In this document: positions 48,848 to 62,678 of the stretch, piece by piece
Layout of the letters: each line of letters starts with the position of its first letter
Position numbering within the stretch: position 1 is the stretch's first letter
Assembly (NCBI GenBank): GCA_030695905.1
Contig: JAUYOL010000036.1
Location: forward strand, 118,814-182,813
Source of the DNA: Candidatus Omnitrophota bacterium
GTDB lineage: Bacteria; Omnitrophota; Gorgyraeia; 2-01-FULL-45-10
Length of the DNA stretch: 64,000 nt
Reading direction: 5' to 3'
Notes under the pieces: model-generated
Told to the model about the DNA's origin: nothing
Database searches by the model: none
What the model saw: the letters and a program-made list of their open reading frames with translations, nothing else
Made by a program: the position numbers and the translations under genes

Positions 48848-49576
48848 TTATTTCCTTGCTCTTATGTACAACGACCCTGAAATCTCCGATACAAGTGGAA
48901 TTTTTTCAGCCAGGTTGCATATGGGACGAATAAATGCTAATAAAGACTTGGGAATGTGAGGGTGCAGAAAATCAAAAGGAGTAATGATTATATCAGTAAA
49001 ACCCGCTGTCCTCAATCTTTTTCTCAGGTCCCATTTGAAAAAAGCTGTTTCATGTGCGGAATCTCCCAGCATCTTTTTTATAAGAGGTACGTTTTTTTGT
49101 ATAAAGACCTGGGGATTCATCATATTCGGCTCCGTAAAAAATATCGAACCGCCTTTCTTCAACACCCTGTACAGCTCCCTGATGGCCTCGTTCGGATCCA
49201 GGTGGTGCAAGATGGAACTGCCTAAAATCGTGTCGAACGTATTTTCTGGAAAAGTAATGGAATGAGCGTTTTCTATCTTGAATGTGACATTCATTTCATT
49301 AACGGCCGATCTCGCTATATCTATAAGATCCGGAGATATGTCGATTGCGGTGACCATGGCACGTGTTTTTGCCAATTCCTTGGTTAAGTACCCCGTACCG
49401 CAGCCTATTTCGAGTACATGCATTGACGAAGTTATGTGTTTCGTAAGCATGCCTATGCGCCTGCTCCAACGCTCTTTTCCGGCCGGCGTGTCCCAATTCC
49501 ATATATATCCGGCCCCGCGCATTGCTAAAAACTTTCCATGTCTAACTTCGTTTAACAGCCTATCCTCTTTCAGCAT
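48848..49576 (-). CDS. Class I SAM-dependent methyltransferase
   Basis: VLEIGCGTGYLTKELA motif I; ILHHLDP; VLKKGG. Confidence 0.7.
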   Translation of the reverse strand: MLKEDRLLNEVRHGKFLAMRGAGYIWNWDTPAGKERWSRRIGMLTKHITSSMHVLEIGCGTGYLTKELAKTRAMVTAIDISPDLIDIARSAVNEMNVTFKIENAHSITFPENTFDTILGSSILHHLDPNEAIRELYRVLKKGGSIFFTEPNMMNPQVFIQKNVPLIKKMLGDSAHETAFFKWDLRKRLRTAGFTDIIITPFDFLHPHIPKSLLAFIRPICNLAEKIPLVSEISGSLYIRARK

Positions 49577-49623
49577 TATGTAATATCCGCCTTTGCCGTT
49601 AAGATATGACGATAAAAGTATTT

Positions 49624-51087
49624 CTATAGCCTATTCCTGCTATTTGGATCCGCCGATAGATAGGTATAGAAATAATATCCAAAATCATCAAAACATTTCC
49701 CTTTTACTGTCCGTACAACCGATTTAAACAGCGCTTTGTAATTGTTAATCACGAACAGGGCCAATTTTATGAGGAAGCCGGGGTTTTTTAAAAAGAACAG
49801 GATATTTTTATACCTGTTTGCCCTGAGAAACGTATTCCTGTAGTCAGACAAGATTTTCTGATCCAAACTGACCTTCCAAATGTTATTATTGCGGACATAC
49901 CAATTGGACATATCGCGCTCCAATATCCTGTTCTCCTTAACAGCCTGTTCGTAAAGTTCCGACCCCGGATATGGTGTAGCAAAATAACACGTCACAAAAT
50001 CCAAATCCATTTTAGAAGAAGAGCTTATTGTCTCCTTAAGATCCCCTGCAGAATCATCCGGAAACCCGAATATGAATGAACCCAGCGCTCTCATGCCGAT
50101 AGCCCTGGTCATCTTTACAGATTCCGAGACCTGTTTGAAATTCGTTCTTTTCTTAATTTTATTCAGCACTCTTTCGGAGCAGCTTTCTATGCCGTATTCC
50201 ACCTGAACACAACCGGCCCGTCTTATGGCTTTTAACATGCGTTCGTTGACAGTATCAGCCCTGCTATAACATGCCCACTTAATATCGTATTTTTTCGTTA
50301 TAAATTTCTCAGAAAATTCTTCAACCCACTTGGAACCCATGAGAAAGGTATCGTCCATAAAATAGAGCCCGTCTACGTTATACTTTGATGCAATAAGATC
50401 GATCTCTTCCAAAACGTTATCGACGCTTCTCCTCCGATAGGTATTGCCCCATAGATAATTAACGCCGCAATACGTGCATCTTCCGGGACACCCGCGGCTC
50501 GTTGTTATGTTCGCACACCTTCTGGTCCAGACGCCTCTTATAAGACCCGGCGGCTGCAGGTAAGTCTCGTAGTTTACCAGCTCCCTGGCCGGGAAGGCGA
50601 GTGTATCCAAGTCTTCTATTAGTTTTCTCGGAGGGTTGACGGTTATGCCGCCGTCCCGGCCCCTGAAGATCAGGCCGTGTATTTTCGAAAGATCGCTGGA
50701 ACCGTGCCTCAAACAGTCGCACAGTTCGCACATTGTAACCTCTCCCTCCCCATAAATTATATAATCGACTCCGAGCTCATCCATGAACTTGCTTTTAAAA
50801 TAAGAGGGATGTATACCACCCGCTACGATAGGAACGCCAGGCATCAGGTTTTTTATGAGCCCTATAACGGTTTTTGCCAGTTTCAGCTGCGGCGTAGTTA
50901 CGCTTATGCCTACGATATCTGGCTTACGATCTCTAATCCTATTTAAAAGGCCAAGGTCTTTCTCCGTAATATCAAGGAAAATTACGTCATGATTGTTCTT
51001 CATCAAGCTTGAAGCAACGTACCCTAGCCCCAGAGGGAAAAAATTTAAATTTATATCCCTGGGATAGATTAAGCAGACATTGGCCAT
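49624..51087 (-). CDS. Cobalamin-binding (class B) radical SAM enzyme
   Basis: IVAGGIHPSYF in the B12 domain; RGCPGRCTYCGV carries CxxxCxxC. Confidence 0.8.
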   Translation of the reverse strand: MANVCLIYPRDINLNFFPLGLGYVASSLMKNNHDVIFLDITEKDLGLLNRIRDRKPDIVGISVTTPQLKLAKTVIGLIKNLMPGVPIVAGGIHPSYFKSKFMDELGVDYIIYGEGEVTMCELCDCLRHGSSDLSKIHGLIFRGRDGGITVNPPRKLIEDLDTLAFPARELVNYETYLQPPGLIRGVWTRRCANITTSRGCPGRCTYCGVNYLWGNTYRRRSVDNVLEEIDLIASKYNVDGLYFMDDTFLMGSKWVEEFSEKFITKKYDIKWACYSRADTVNERMLKAIRRAGCVQVEYGIESCSERVLNKIKKRTNFKQVSESVKMTRAIGMRALGSFIFGFPDDSAGDLKETISSSSKMDLDFVTCYFATPYPGSELYEQAVKENRILERDMSNWYVRNNNIWKVSLDQKILSDYRNTFLRANRYKNILFFLKNPGFLIKLALFVINNYKALFKSVVRTVKGKCFDDFGYYFYTYLSADPNSRNRL

Positions 51088-51106
51088 TTTATTTCTTTCG
51101 TAGTCA

Positions 51107-54101
<2,995 letters not shown>

Positions 54102-54115
54102 CGGTCAATGCCTCC

Positions 54116-56077
54116 TTAGTCTGTCGCTTCTGCTCTTTCAGACCACTCCTGAAACATCAAGATGGTCCATAGAAAATACTGCCAATTTCGTTTGCCGGAA
54201 AGGTGCTCTTTCCATCGCGTACGAATAAATTGCGCGTCAAACAACCCTTCCCGCTGCAAGCGGGATTCGTCCAGCAAGTTTTGAGCCCAATCTTTAAGCC
54301 TGCCGCGCATCCAGTCACCTACAGGAACACCAAAACCCATCTTGGGCCGCTCGATGAGCGACTTAGGAATATACTTATATAACAGGCACCTTAACATCCA
54401 TTTGGTCTGTCCATCACGCATCTTCATGGATAGAGGCAGACTCCATACCAGGTCGATGATCCTATGATCGAGAAAAGGGATCCTCGTTTCAAGGCTGTTG
54501 AACATGGCCGCACGGTCGACCTTGACCAGTATGTCATCCGGCAAATAAGTCATGCTATCCATATACATCATCTGGACCTTATAGTCCGCGAAGGTTTCTT
54601 TCAGCCCTGTTTCGGTAAGCCATGTACCGGGCTCCCTGGCATCGATAACCACGCGATCCGGGTCGGCGATCTCAGATACCAGGCTGTAGTAAAGAGACCC
54701 GACACCATCGACATTCTCCAGGCGTGTAGAAAGCTTTTCCAGTTTCTCGCCCATATTGGATGGTAAGGTGAAAAATTTGCCGATATACCTGAAAACGCGA
54801 TCCCAGGTCGATGGCGCAATCGCCTTTATCAAACGCCCGGCAGACTTCCTGATCGCGAACGGGACCCTGGAAACATTTTTCCACATATCGGCCAATGCGT
54901 AGCGGTTATATCCGCAAAATAATTCGTCTCCGGCATCGCCGGACAATGAGACCTTGACATATTTGCGCGCCATTTGAGAGATCAGAAAAGTAGGTATTTG
55001 TGAGGAATCCGCAAACGGCTCGTCATACATGCTGCCCAGCTTGGGGATAACCTGCATAGCTTCCGCAGGCGACACATATTGCTCGGTATGATCCGTGCCA
55101 AGGTGCCCGGAAACGGCTTTTGCGTATTCGGCTTCGTTGTAACCCATCTCTTTAAACCCAACAGAAAATGTCTTGACCGGACGGCCTGACTGGGCCTGCA
55201 TCAACGCAACGACCGTTGAAGAATCTATCCCCCCTGAAAGAAAAACACCTAAAGGCACATCCGCAACCATCTGCAGCTTTATCGCGCGTTTCAGCCGCTC
55301 CTCAAGTTCGGATATGGCATCCGCTTCATTTCCCGCAAACGGTCTCGCGATACCGTTCGCCGCGACCTCAGACAATCTCCAGTAGGCCTCAGGTTTAGCC
55401 GAACGCAGCGTATCAGGCCCGTGCGCGGCCTTAAAACTTATATAATGGCCCGGCAGGAGCTTGAATATGCCTTTATAAATAGAGTAAGGCGCAGGAATAT
55501 AGCAATGTCTCAAATACAGACAGATAACGTCCCTGTCGATCTCTCCGACAAAGTCCGGATGGCGTTTAAGTGCCTTCAATTCGGAGCCAAAAATAAGCGT
55601 GCCTTTCTGAAACCCGTAATAAAGCGGCTTTTCGCCGATGCGGTCCCGCGCTAGCGTAAGCACTTTTTCCTTACGATCCCAAAGCGCGATAGCGAACATA
55701 CCAACGGTTCTTTTAAGCGTCTGGTCTATACCCCATTTTTCAAACCCGGCCAATAATGTTTCCGTATCCGAATGGCCGCGCCAGCCTTTATCGTTGTTCA
55801 GCTCTTGCCTCATCTCCAAGTGATTATAGATCTCTCCGTTGAATACAATTACATAACGCCCGGACACGGAGGTCATAGGCTGGTCTCCGGCCGAAGTAAG
55901 ATCAAGTATAGAAAGACGGCGATGCGCCAGCGCGATGCCGGCGTTTTCGTCGGTCCATACGCCGCTGGAATCCGGGCCGCGATGACTTAAAGAATTCGCC
56001 ATCGAAATGCCGATGGAAGCCATTTCCGGATCCTTAAGCGCATTATCTGCCGTAACAAATCCCGTTATGCCGCACAT
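54116..56077 (-). CDS. asnB: Asparagine synthase (glutamine-hydrolysing), AsnB family
   Basis: MCGITGFV N-terminus; LSGGIDSS PP-loop. 653 aa and closer to canonical AsnB than the other paralogue. Confidence 0.8.
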   Translation of the reverse strand: MCGITGFVTADNALKDPEMASIGISMANSLSHRGPDSSGVWTDENAGIALAHRRLSILDLTSAGDQPMTSVSGRYVIVFNGEIYNHLEMRQELNNDKGWRGHSDTETLLAGFEKWGIDQTLKRTVGMFAIALWDRKEKVLTLARDRIGEKPLYYGFQKGTLIFGSELKALKRHPDFVGEIDRDVICLYLRHCYIPAPYSIYKGIFKLLPGHYISFKAAHGPDTLRSAKPEAYWRLSEVAANGIARPFAGNEADAISELEERLKRAIKLQMVADVPLGVFLSGGIDSSTVVALMQAQSGRPVKTFSVGFKEMGYNEAEYAKAVSGHLGTDHTEQYVSPAEAMQVIPKLGSMYDEPFADSSQIPTFLISQMARKYVKVSLSGDAGDELFCGYNRYALADMWKNVSRVPFAIRKSAGRLIKAIAPSTWDRVFRYIGKFFTLPSNMGEKLEKLSTRLENVDGVGSLYYSLVSEIADPDRVVIDAREPGTWLTETGLKETFADYKVQMMYMDSMTYLPDDILVKVDRAAMFNSLETRIPFLDHRIIDLVWSLPLSMKMRDGQTKWMLRCLLYKYIPKSLIERPKMGFGVPVGDWMRGRLKDWAQNLLDESRLQREGLFDAQFIRTRWKEHLSGKRNWQYFLWTILMFQEWSERAEATD

Positions 56078-57198
56078 ATATTGCCTCTGATCTTCCCGTA
56101 AACCGACTCATATTTTTTTACCATAGCGGAAAGGCTGAATCTTTCGCAAACCCGCGATCTCGCATTGCTTCCCAGTTCTCCCGCTTTATCCGGATTACTC
56201 AAGATATAGTCTATCGCGTCCGCTATTGCCTCGGGATCCTTTTCGGGAATAAGTAACCCGTTAAGCCTATTTTCAATTATTTCCGGGACCCCCCCTACAT
56301 TCGTGGCTATAACTGCCTTGCCGGAAAACATCGCTTCGATAATACTAAGCCCAAAACCTTCTTCGAGTGAGGGGTGAACCACGATATCCATTATCGATAA
56401 CAGGTCCGGGATGTCCTTCCTGTACCCTGTAAATATTACCTTCTCTCTCAGGTCAAGCAGGTCTCTTAAGGCAACCAGTCTCTCCTCTAATATGCCGTCG
56501 CCTACAAGCAGAAATTTGACATCCTGCCTTTTCCGGCAGACGATATCGGCAGCACGGATCAAATACTCATGACCTTTTCTCGGATGAAATATACCGACGG
56601 TACCGATTATCTTGACATCATCATCTATCTTCAGTTCGCGTCTGACCTTGGCCCCTGCGTCCATTAAAGGATCAAATCGTTTCAGATCAATACCGTTATG
56701 GATGACCGATATTTTTTTATCGGCGATTCCGTCTAACCGGACTAAGATATCTTTCACGCCGTAAGAGATAGCTATGATATGTTTTGCCCTCTTTAAAACC
56801 CATCTATCCAGGAACCGTTGAAAACTGTTACCGTAAAGATAGAGCATGTTGGAGTAGTGCTTTGTTATCAAAACCGCTGTCTTCCCAGAAAAGATGCCGG
56901 CGAGATAACCTACTATACCTGCATGAAATAGATGGGTATGCAAAATATCAATTTTATTTCGTTTTATGATCTGCACCAGTTTTATAATAGCCGCGGGCAA
57001 ACAGATTATATTGTCGTATCCCAGCGAATAACACTTTTGGCTCAGTTTCTCGATTTCAGCGTGTAAATCACCTCTTTTTTTAAGCGTGCAAAATAACAAC
57101 TCAAATCTTGATCTATCATATTCCCCGGCTATGCCTATAAGTAATTTCTCAGCACCGGCTATTTTAGAGTCTGTCGTAAGATGCAATATTCTTGTCAT
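56065..57198 (-). CDS. GT4-family glycosyltransferase
   Basis: EGFGLSIIEAMFSGKAVIATNVGG (Glycos_transf_1 signature). Confidence 0.8.
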   Translation of the reverse strand: MTRILHLTTDSKIAGAEKLLIGIAGEYDRSRFELLFCTLKKRGDLHAEIEKLSQKCYSLGYDNIICLPAAIIKLVQIIKRNKIDILHTHLFHAGIVGYLAGIFSGKTAVLITKHYSNMLYLYGNSFQRFLDRWVLKRAKHIIAISYGVKDILVRLDGIADKKISVIHNGIDLKRFDPLMDAGAKVRRELKIDDDVKIIGTVGIFHPRKGHEYLIRAADIVCRKRQDVKFLLVGDGILEERLVALRDLLDLREKVIFTGYRKDIPDLLSIMDIVVHPSLEEGFGLSIIEAMFSGKAVIATNVGGVPEIIENRLNGLLIPEKDPEAIADAIDYILSNPDKAGELGSNARSRVCERFSLSAMVKKYESVYGKIRGNICAA

Positions 57199-57211
57199 TT
57201 TTTTAACTTAT

Positions 57212-58045
57212 TCATACTTTCTTAGCGACGATGATTATTCCATTCCCGCTCTTATTTACCTTTGCGACGTCTAAAATCATTAGTATCGTAACAAGCGGTT
57301 GAACAAATAAAAAATAGAGTGGGAATAAGGCCAAAAATAGTAACGGGCGAAACTGGCACATGCAGAACAATTCATAACCTAAGGCGCCAAGTTTCCCAAA
57401 AGATATCCGCGTGTCGATAATCTTGAGTTTATTCTTTTCAATGATCCCGGTTATCTCGCTTAAGGCGTACCCTTCCCGGACATGCTCCAGGCTATGCGGT
57501 TTAAAAAAATCGGCATTTCTCAAGAACGGTAGCACTCTTTTTTGGGGACTTGCCGGCACACCAACGATTAAAATACCATCTCTCTTAAGCGCTTTAAAGA
57601 ATGTCGCGACCACGGCATTATCTTTTTCAATATGCTCCAAAACATCCGTGCATAGTATAAGATCGAATTGATTATCCTGCTGCAGGTCAACAAGATCTGA
57701 ATGCCTGGTTTCAATATTAAGATTCTCCCTGTTTATAAACGGCCTAAAATTTTCTATCCTGGACTTATCGATATCAACGGCGCAAATCTTAGCCCGCGGG
57801 AACGCCCTTGACAAATAGTAACTATACTGCCCAAAACCTACCCCGGCATCAAGTATATTCAATGTTTCTTTTTCCCTGCCCTTGAGCGCAGCTTTGAGCG
57901 CGCACTTTACGTACCATTCCGTCAATATATTCAGAGAAAGGTAAAGATAATACCCTTTTCTTATCAACGAATTTTCGGATAACTTTTTCTTAATAAACTT
58001 TTTCATAAGCTCGCGCCAACACCTTGGAATACTCGTTCTGTTCAT
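57212..58045 (-). CDS. Class I SAM-dependent methyltransferase
   Basis: ILDAGVGFGQYSYYL motif I; LILCTDVLEHI. An alternative start at 58006 is possible. Confidence 0.65.
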   Translation of the reverse strand: MNRTSIPRCWRELMKKFIKKKLSENSLIRKGYYLYLSLNILTEWYVKCALKAALKGREKETLNILDAGVGFGQYSYYLSRAFPRAKICAVDIDKSRIENFRPFINRENLNIETRHSDLVDLQQDNQFDLILCTDVLEHIEKDNAVVATFFKALKRDGILIVGVPASPQKRVLPFLRNADFFKPHSLEHVREGYALSEITGIIEKNKLKIIDTRISFGKLGALGYELFCMCQFRPLLFLALFPLYFLFVQPLVTILMILDVAKVNKSGNGIIIVAKKV

Positions 58046-59240
58046 GAAGCGCCGACTTCTCCGGATCCATCAAAGTTAACACCTTTTCGCGGGCATTTTT
58101 ACCCATCTTCTTCCCGTCAGCAGGGCTTGCTAATATGCTGTCTATCCTGTCGGCCAACGCCATCCAGTCCCTGTTAGGCACCAGGTAACCGGTCTCTCCA
58201 TCAACAACAACCTCTCTCTGCCAGTCATAGTCATATGCGATGATCGGCACTCCGGCAAGCGCAGACTCAACCAATGCCCTACCCATGTGCGGTGAAATAA
58301 TAGCTGTTGCTTTAGGTAAAACGGCGGCGATCCACTCTTGAGCGCGGTTGCCGGCAAAGATCACCGCGTCTTCAACCTTCAGCGAGGTTGCCAGGGCCTC
58401 GAGTTCCTTTCTTATCGGTCCGTCTCCGATTATAAGGCCCTTGACGCGGCGCCCCCGCTTGATAAGTTCAGCGACAACGCGGATCATGTCTTCAATGAGT
58501 TTCATTGGAACAAGACGCGATACGGTCGCCAGGACCTTTTCATCCTTTATTCCAAGCCCGGCAAGCTGCGTGTCGCCGTCGGAACGCACGGCCGGTTCCT
58601 GCCAGTGATCCTTGTGTATAAGATTACCGTACCTAAAAACCGTCGCGACATCGGGGCGGCCGCCATTCTCCAGGGCATAACGCATATTGTCCTCATTCGC
58701 TCCCGCTATTAAGTCACAGCGCGGGAACACAAATCTTTCTACGATCTTTTCAATCCAGCGAAACTTGAACAGACGCGGCATCACAGGCTTTCCCGTCAAT
58801 CGAAAAATTTCGTCATATCTGAAACAAGCCCTGACAACCAAAGGCACTCTCAGTCTTCTGGCTAAAAATAATCCCATTAATCCCAGATAATACGGATCGC
58901 CTATGCGCACAACTTTTACCTTTAGCTCTCTGGCCATCTTAAGCAATATCCGCGTCAGTTTAATTTGCGCTAAAAACAGATTTAACGGAGGCGCAAACCG
59001 CCAGGTACGACTAACGCCTACTTTCCCCTCTACGAACAGATGCGAGTCATCAAGCCGAGTGATGACGGGATCACCGAACCTGTTATCGCCAGATTCAAAA
59101 ATTCCGGCCAGCGGATGCACGGAAATGACCTTATCAAAATATCCTGCAAGCCTTCTACTGTCCAGCGCCTGCTCCATACGGTTTTCCCTGAACATCTTTA
59201 GCGTATAAGACATATCCAGGACAAGGATCGCTTTTGTCAA
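57990..59240 (-). CDS. GT4-family glycosyltransferase
   Basis: C-terminal HMGRALVESALAGVPIIAYDYDWQREVV and GETGYLV (Glycos_transf_1). Confidence 0.7.
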   Translation of the reverse strand: MTKAILVLDMSYTLKMFRENRMEQALDSRRLAGYFDKVISVHPLAGIFESGDNRFGDPVITRLDDSHLFVEGKVGVSRTWRFAPPLNLFLAQIKLTRILLKMARELKVKVVRIGDPYYLGLMGLFLARRLRVPLVVRACFRYDEIFRLTGKPVMPRLFKFRWIEKIVERFVFPRCDLIAGANEDNMRYALENGGRPDVATVFRYGNLIHKDHWQEPAVRSDGDTQLAGLGIKDEKVLATVSRLVPMKLIEDMIRVVAELIKRGRRVKGLIIGDGPIRKELEALATSLKVEDAVIFAGNRAQEWIAAVLPKATAIISPHMGRALVESALAGVPIIAYDYDWQREVVVDGETGYLVPNRDWMALADRIDSILASPADGKKMGKNAREKVLTLMDPEKSALHEQNEYSKVLARAYEKVY

Positions 59241-59243
59241 TTT

Positions 59244-60116
59244 TTAGTACCTGCCTATTAATTTCAAATGAAACTTAAGCGGAATTTTCAAAACTATAAA
59301 ACGGTATAAAAGATATAAGGCACTCCTTAACCTTTCAGGGAGCATAGCCGCTACCTTCTTTAATGAATCACTCCTTTTTGATTGCGCGTCTTTTGCGGCC
59401 TGAGCGCCTGGCCACCTTTTTAAATATTGGCCTTGCTGGATAGAGGCATTAAAAGTAGACGTATCCGTTTTTTTAACTACAAAAAACACATAATATATAT
59501 TCTTGCCAAGGCCTCCATAAGAGAGCCTGTCCAGGCATCCCGGCACATATTTATAGGCATCCATTAAATAATTATTCCCGTATCTGGAATATTTCACGAA
59601 TAACGAATCTTTTATTTCCCAGTTATTTGCCGAATAATAATCCCAGAATAATGTCGGTGAAAACATATAAAATCCGTGTTCTACGCAATTCGTTGAAGGC
59701 AAAAAGTGAATTATCCTGCCCCCTGCTTTAAGCATTTTATGGTAATTCTCGAGTACCTTCGGCAGGTTAAATACGTGTTCCGAAGTGCCTCCGTCAAATA
59801 TCAAATCATATTTACCGTGAAGATTGACTGGCACGTCCTTATTTAAGTCATGTATTATTGTGCATTTCTCAAAATCGCTATAATCAAGGCTGTCTATGTT
59901 GTCAAAGCCGGCCGATAAAAATAAATCCACGTCGGTAACGCGAGCGCCCGTGACGGGTTTTTTTAATTCAAAGCCCATATCTTGAGCCCATCTCTTGAAT
60001 ACAAGCGGCGTGACAGGACAGATATCCTGCCTTCCTATGGTCAGCGCATGCCCGGAAAATTTTTCCCTACTACCCTCTCTCATCAAAAGCTTGATTGAGC
60101 CGCGATCAGTACCCAT
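59244..60116 (-). CDS. Methyltransferase-like protein (class I fold, divergent)
   Basis: YDLIFDGGTSEHVFN...MLKAGGRIIHFLP resembles the Methyltransf_11/23 C-terminal half. No clear GxGxG motif. Confidence 0.45.
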   Translation of the reverse strand: MGTDRGSIKLLMREGSREKFSGHALTIGRQDICPVTPLVFKRWAQDMGFELKKPVTGARVTDVDLFLSAGFDNIDSLDYSDFEKCTIIHDLNKDVPVNLHGKYDLIFDGGTSEHVFNLPKVLENYHKMLKAGGRIIHFLPSTNCVEHGFYMFSPTLFWDYYSANNWEIKDSLFVKYSRYGNNYLMDAYKYVPGCLDRLSYGGLGKNIYYVFFVVKKTDTSTFNASIQQGQYLKRWPGAQAAKDAQSKRSDSLKKVAAMLPERLRSALYLLYRFIVLKIPLKFHLKLIGRY

Positions 60117-60118
60117 TT

Positions 60119-60841
60119 CTATCCCCTATTTTTCAGGCAAATGAACCATTTACCTATTTGCGCGCCGCCTGTCCAGGCAGAATCCAGAATGTATACAACG
60201 TCATGATATTGCTTAAATTTGCTCGCCCACCAGTCCAGGTTGTTATTGAAATAGGACTGACCGGCGCATTTTACCCACCCCTCATTCTTGCCGCTTTCTG
60301 AAACCGGGATCTGATGAAAAGCTGCGTTTTTCACGATTCTGCTCGATTCTTTTATAGCCCTTGAAATGCCTTCTTCGGTAAAATGTTCGATAGACCCGAT
60401 AGAATACGCATAGTCAAAATAATTGTCTTCATAGCCGGTGTCTGTGACATCGCACACCTTAAGCCGCTCTGCCAGTATCCCCTTAGCCACGGCCCTTTCT
60501 ATCAATAAATCGGAAATATCGCATCCGTAGATCACAACTCCGGGAAACTTCTTCGAAAGTATATCGATCGTCTTACCCGTGCCGCAGGCAATGTCTAATA
60601 TCCGTCCGCGACAATTAGCCAGCAGGAATTGAATCTCGTTCCATACCGTTCCTTCGCCCCAATTCTCCAGTTTGTCCGCAAAGGCCTTATTCCAATATAT
60701 GCCTAAGTCCTGATTCGACGGGTTACGCGGCCTTTTTATGCGCCTTGTGATCTTTGAAATAACCCTGTTATTTACAAATTTCAAAGAATCCCACACTACT
60801 GGCGGGCATAGCCGCTTAAAAACTACTTTATAACTTACCAT
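60119..60841 (-). CDS. Class I SAM-dependent methyltransferase
   Basis: ILDIACGTGKTIDIL motif I; YAYSIGSIEHF. Confidence 0.7.
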   Translation of the reverse strand: MVSYKVVFKRLCPPVVWDSLKFVNNRVISKITRRIKRPRNPSNQDLGIYWNKAFADKLENWGEGTVWNEIQFLLANCRGRILDIACGTGKTIDILSKKFPGVVIYGCDISDLLIERAVAKGILAERLKVCDVTDTGYEDNYFDYAYSIGSIEHFTEEGISRAIKESSRIVKNAAFHQIPVSESGKNEGWVKCAGQSYFNNNLDWWASKFKQYHDVVYILDSAWTGGAQIGKWFICLKNRG

Positions 60842-60856
60842 CTCATCTCTTTCGAT

Positions 60857-61702
60857 TTAAAACTTTTTTGGAACTGAGGACGCTTTCATACGGTTCGAAA
60901 TAGCGTCTTTAAAGCTTGGGGTCACGCACCCTTCCCTTTTGTCCGCCAGCGCCTTACAGCCGGATACGCAATATCTGCAAATGTCTTTTCTTAAATTTGG
61001 CCATGCATCCATAAACCTTTCGGGAAAATCATATTTTGCGTATTCCGCGAGCCCAAACAGCATCGCTATCGGTCCGCAGGTGCCTCCGGGCCAGTAACCA
61101 TATGCATTCAATAATACGCCGCATTCCCGCGGAAGGCTGCACACATCCCATTTAAGCCCGAGGTCCACCGGAGCCGAAAGCACATATATAAATGACTCAT
61201 GCGCTTCTTTAGGCGACGCGATAATCTCTATCTTTTTTTCGTTAAAAGCCCTGTCTATATTAGCGTCAAGCCTGCATTCTTTTAAAGCGCTGCTTGAGCC
61301 GATAATACCGTTTGTATATATCTCTATGCGCGCAAGATTCCCGGGAACCATCAATTCGTAGAAAAGCAGCGATATGAAATCATGCAGCCGCGGGTGTAGG
61401 AAAGGCTCTCCGCCAAGTATCTGTATGCGTTTCAAACGAATATTTTTCTGCCTGACCTGGTTTATGAATTTTTCAATTTGCTCAATTTTCATATCCGCGT
61501 CTTTGAGGTGCGGCAGCCCAAGATTACAGAAACGGTTGCACTTAGAACATAATTTGTTGCAACGATACGTGATTTCAAGCTGTATATATTTGACGCGCCA
61601 ATTCTTATCTAAATTTTGCGCGACAGATACTGATGCGCGGTAAATTTTATGCTTTACCCACGGTACTACCTGCCAGATATTATTTTTATTCTTTAAGGAC
61701 AT
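60857..61702 (-). CDS. Radical SAM enzyme (Cys-rich C-terminus); start uncertain between 61702 and 61912
   Basis: EITYRCNKLCSKCNR carries CxxxCxxC. C-terminal CGPIA...CRYCVSGC...GCVTP. The track ORF starts at 61912 and would overlap the upstream GT2 by 208 nt. The internal Met at 61702 removes the overlap. Confidence 0.6.
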   Translation of the reverse strand: MSLKNKNNIWQVVPWVKHKIYRASVSVAQNLDKNWRVKYIQLEITYRCNKLCSKCNRFCNLGLPHLKDADMKIEQIEKFINQVRQKNIRLKRIQILGGEPFLHPRLHDFISLLFYELMVPGNLARIEIYTNGIIGSSSALKECRLDANIDRAFNEKKIEIIASPKEAHESFIYVLSAPVDLGLKWDVCSLPRECGVLLNAYGYWPGGTCGPIAMLFGLAEYAKYDFPERFMDAWPNLRKDICRYCVSGCKALADKREGCVTPSFKDAISNRMKASSVPKKF

Positions 61703-61704
61703 GC

Positions 61705-62667
61705 CTATCTCCACCATCCGAGCATCGGTTTTATGATCCTTTCGCGGAAAAGGCCGTCGTTCGCCACCCTTGTATTCGGATTGTGCAGCCACCGCCAATA
61801 TATAGCCTCGCCTACACGCTCTTTCGATCCGGCCGGGCATAGTGACCCGGCGGATTTGATTAAAAGTTTTAAAAAAACCTGCCTTGCCTGGTCCTGGATC
61901 AAAACGCCCCATAGTTGAAACTTCCTTAAGAATGATATTCTCGCACCCGCTATCCGGCTAAAATGGTCGCAGAATAATATAAAGAACGGCAGGTACCACC
62001 ATGGCTTATTCTGCCCCCCGAGCGCGGCGCTATAATCCTGTTCGACAGTATTCCATTTGGGGCGCCCGAAGTAAGTAAAAAGTACTTCCGGTACCTGGAT
62101 AAAATCGCCGTAAATAGACAGCTCCTGGATAAACGCCAGCTCCGTCGACATGCTTTTACGCAACATGTGCGTTTGGCGCATCGCCGATGAACGATAAAGC
62201 CCGTAAAGCGCCACTGCCGGAAGCCGCTTCAGGGTTTCGCGGTACCTGCCCGCTAACCCTGAGACGTTCGCGAAGCTGTCAAGAGTGGCGACACGCAACA
62301 GCTCTTCCCTGCCCTCAATATAAGACGCCGTATGCACCTGGCACAGCACCGCACCCGAGGATTGTTCCATCTTCCTGACGCATGCGTTCACAAAAGAACG
62401 CTCCCGTTTATCGTCATGCGCGGCCCACATGAAATATTTTCCTTTAGAGAGCTCAAAAACACGGTTAAAGTTATACAGTATCCCCATATTTTTTTCGGAC
62501 CTGTTGTATTTAATCCTGGGGTCTTTATGCGCATATTCCCGGCAGATCTCAGGAGTCGCGTCCGTAGACCCGTTATCAGAAATGATGATCTCAAGATTAG
62601 CGTAATCCTGTTCCAATAGAGAATCCAGTGCGCGCGATATATGCCTCTCGCCATTAAACACCGGCAC
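61705..62667 (-). CDS. GT2-family glycosyltransferase (annotated start is GTG; conserved N-terminal strand lies upstream of it)
   Basis: (E-P-L-V-S-I-G)-V-P-V-F-N-G-E...ISDNGSTD. The GT2 motif begins in codons upstream of the first canonical start codon. Confidence 0.65.
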   Translation of the reverse strand: MPVFNGERHISRALDSLLEQDYANLEIIISDNGSTDATPEICREYAHKDPRIKYNRSEKNMGILYNFNRVFELSKGKYFMWAAHDDKRERSFVNACVRKMEQSSGAVLCQVHTASYIEGREELLRVATLDSFANVSGLAGRYRETLKRLPAVALYGLYRSSAMRQTHMLRKSMSTELAFIQELSIYGDFIQVPEVLFTYFGRPKWNTVEQDYSAALGGQNKPWWYLPFFILFCDHFSRIAGARISFLRKFQLWGVLIQDQARQVFLKLLIKSAGSLCPAGSKERVGEAIYWRWLHNPNTRVANDGLFRERIIKPMLGWWR

Positions 62668-62678
62668 GCCTATACTGA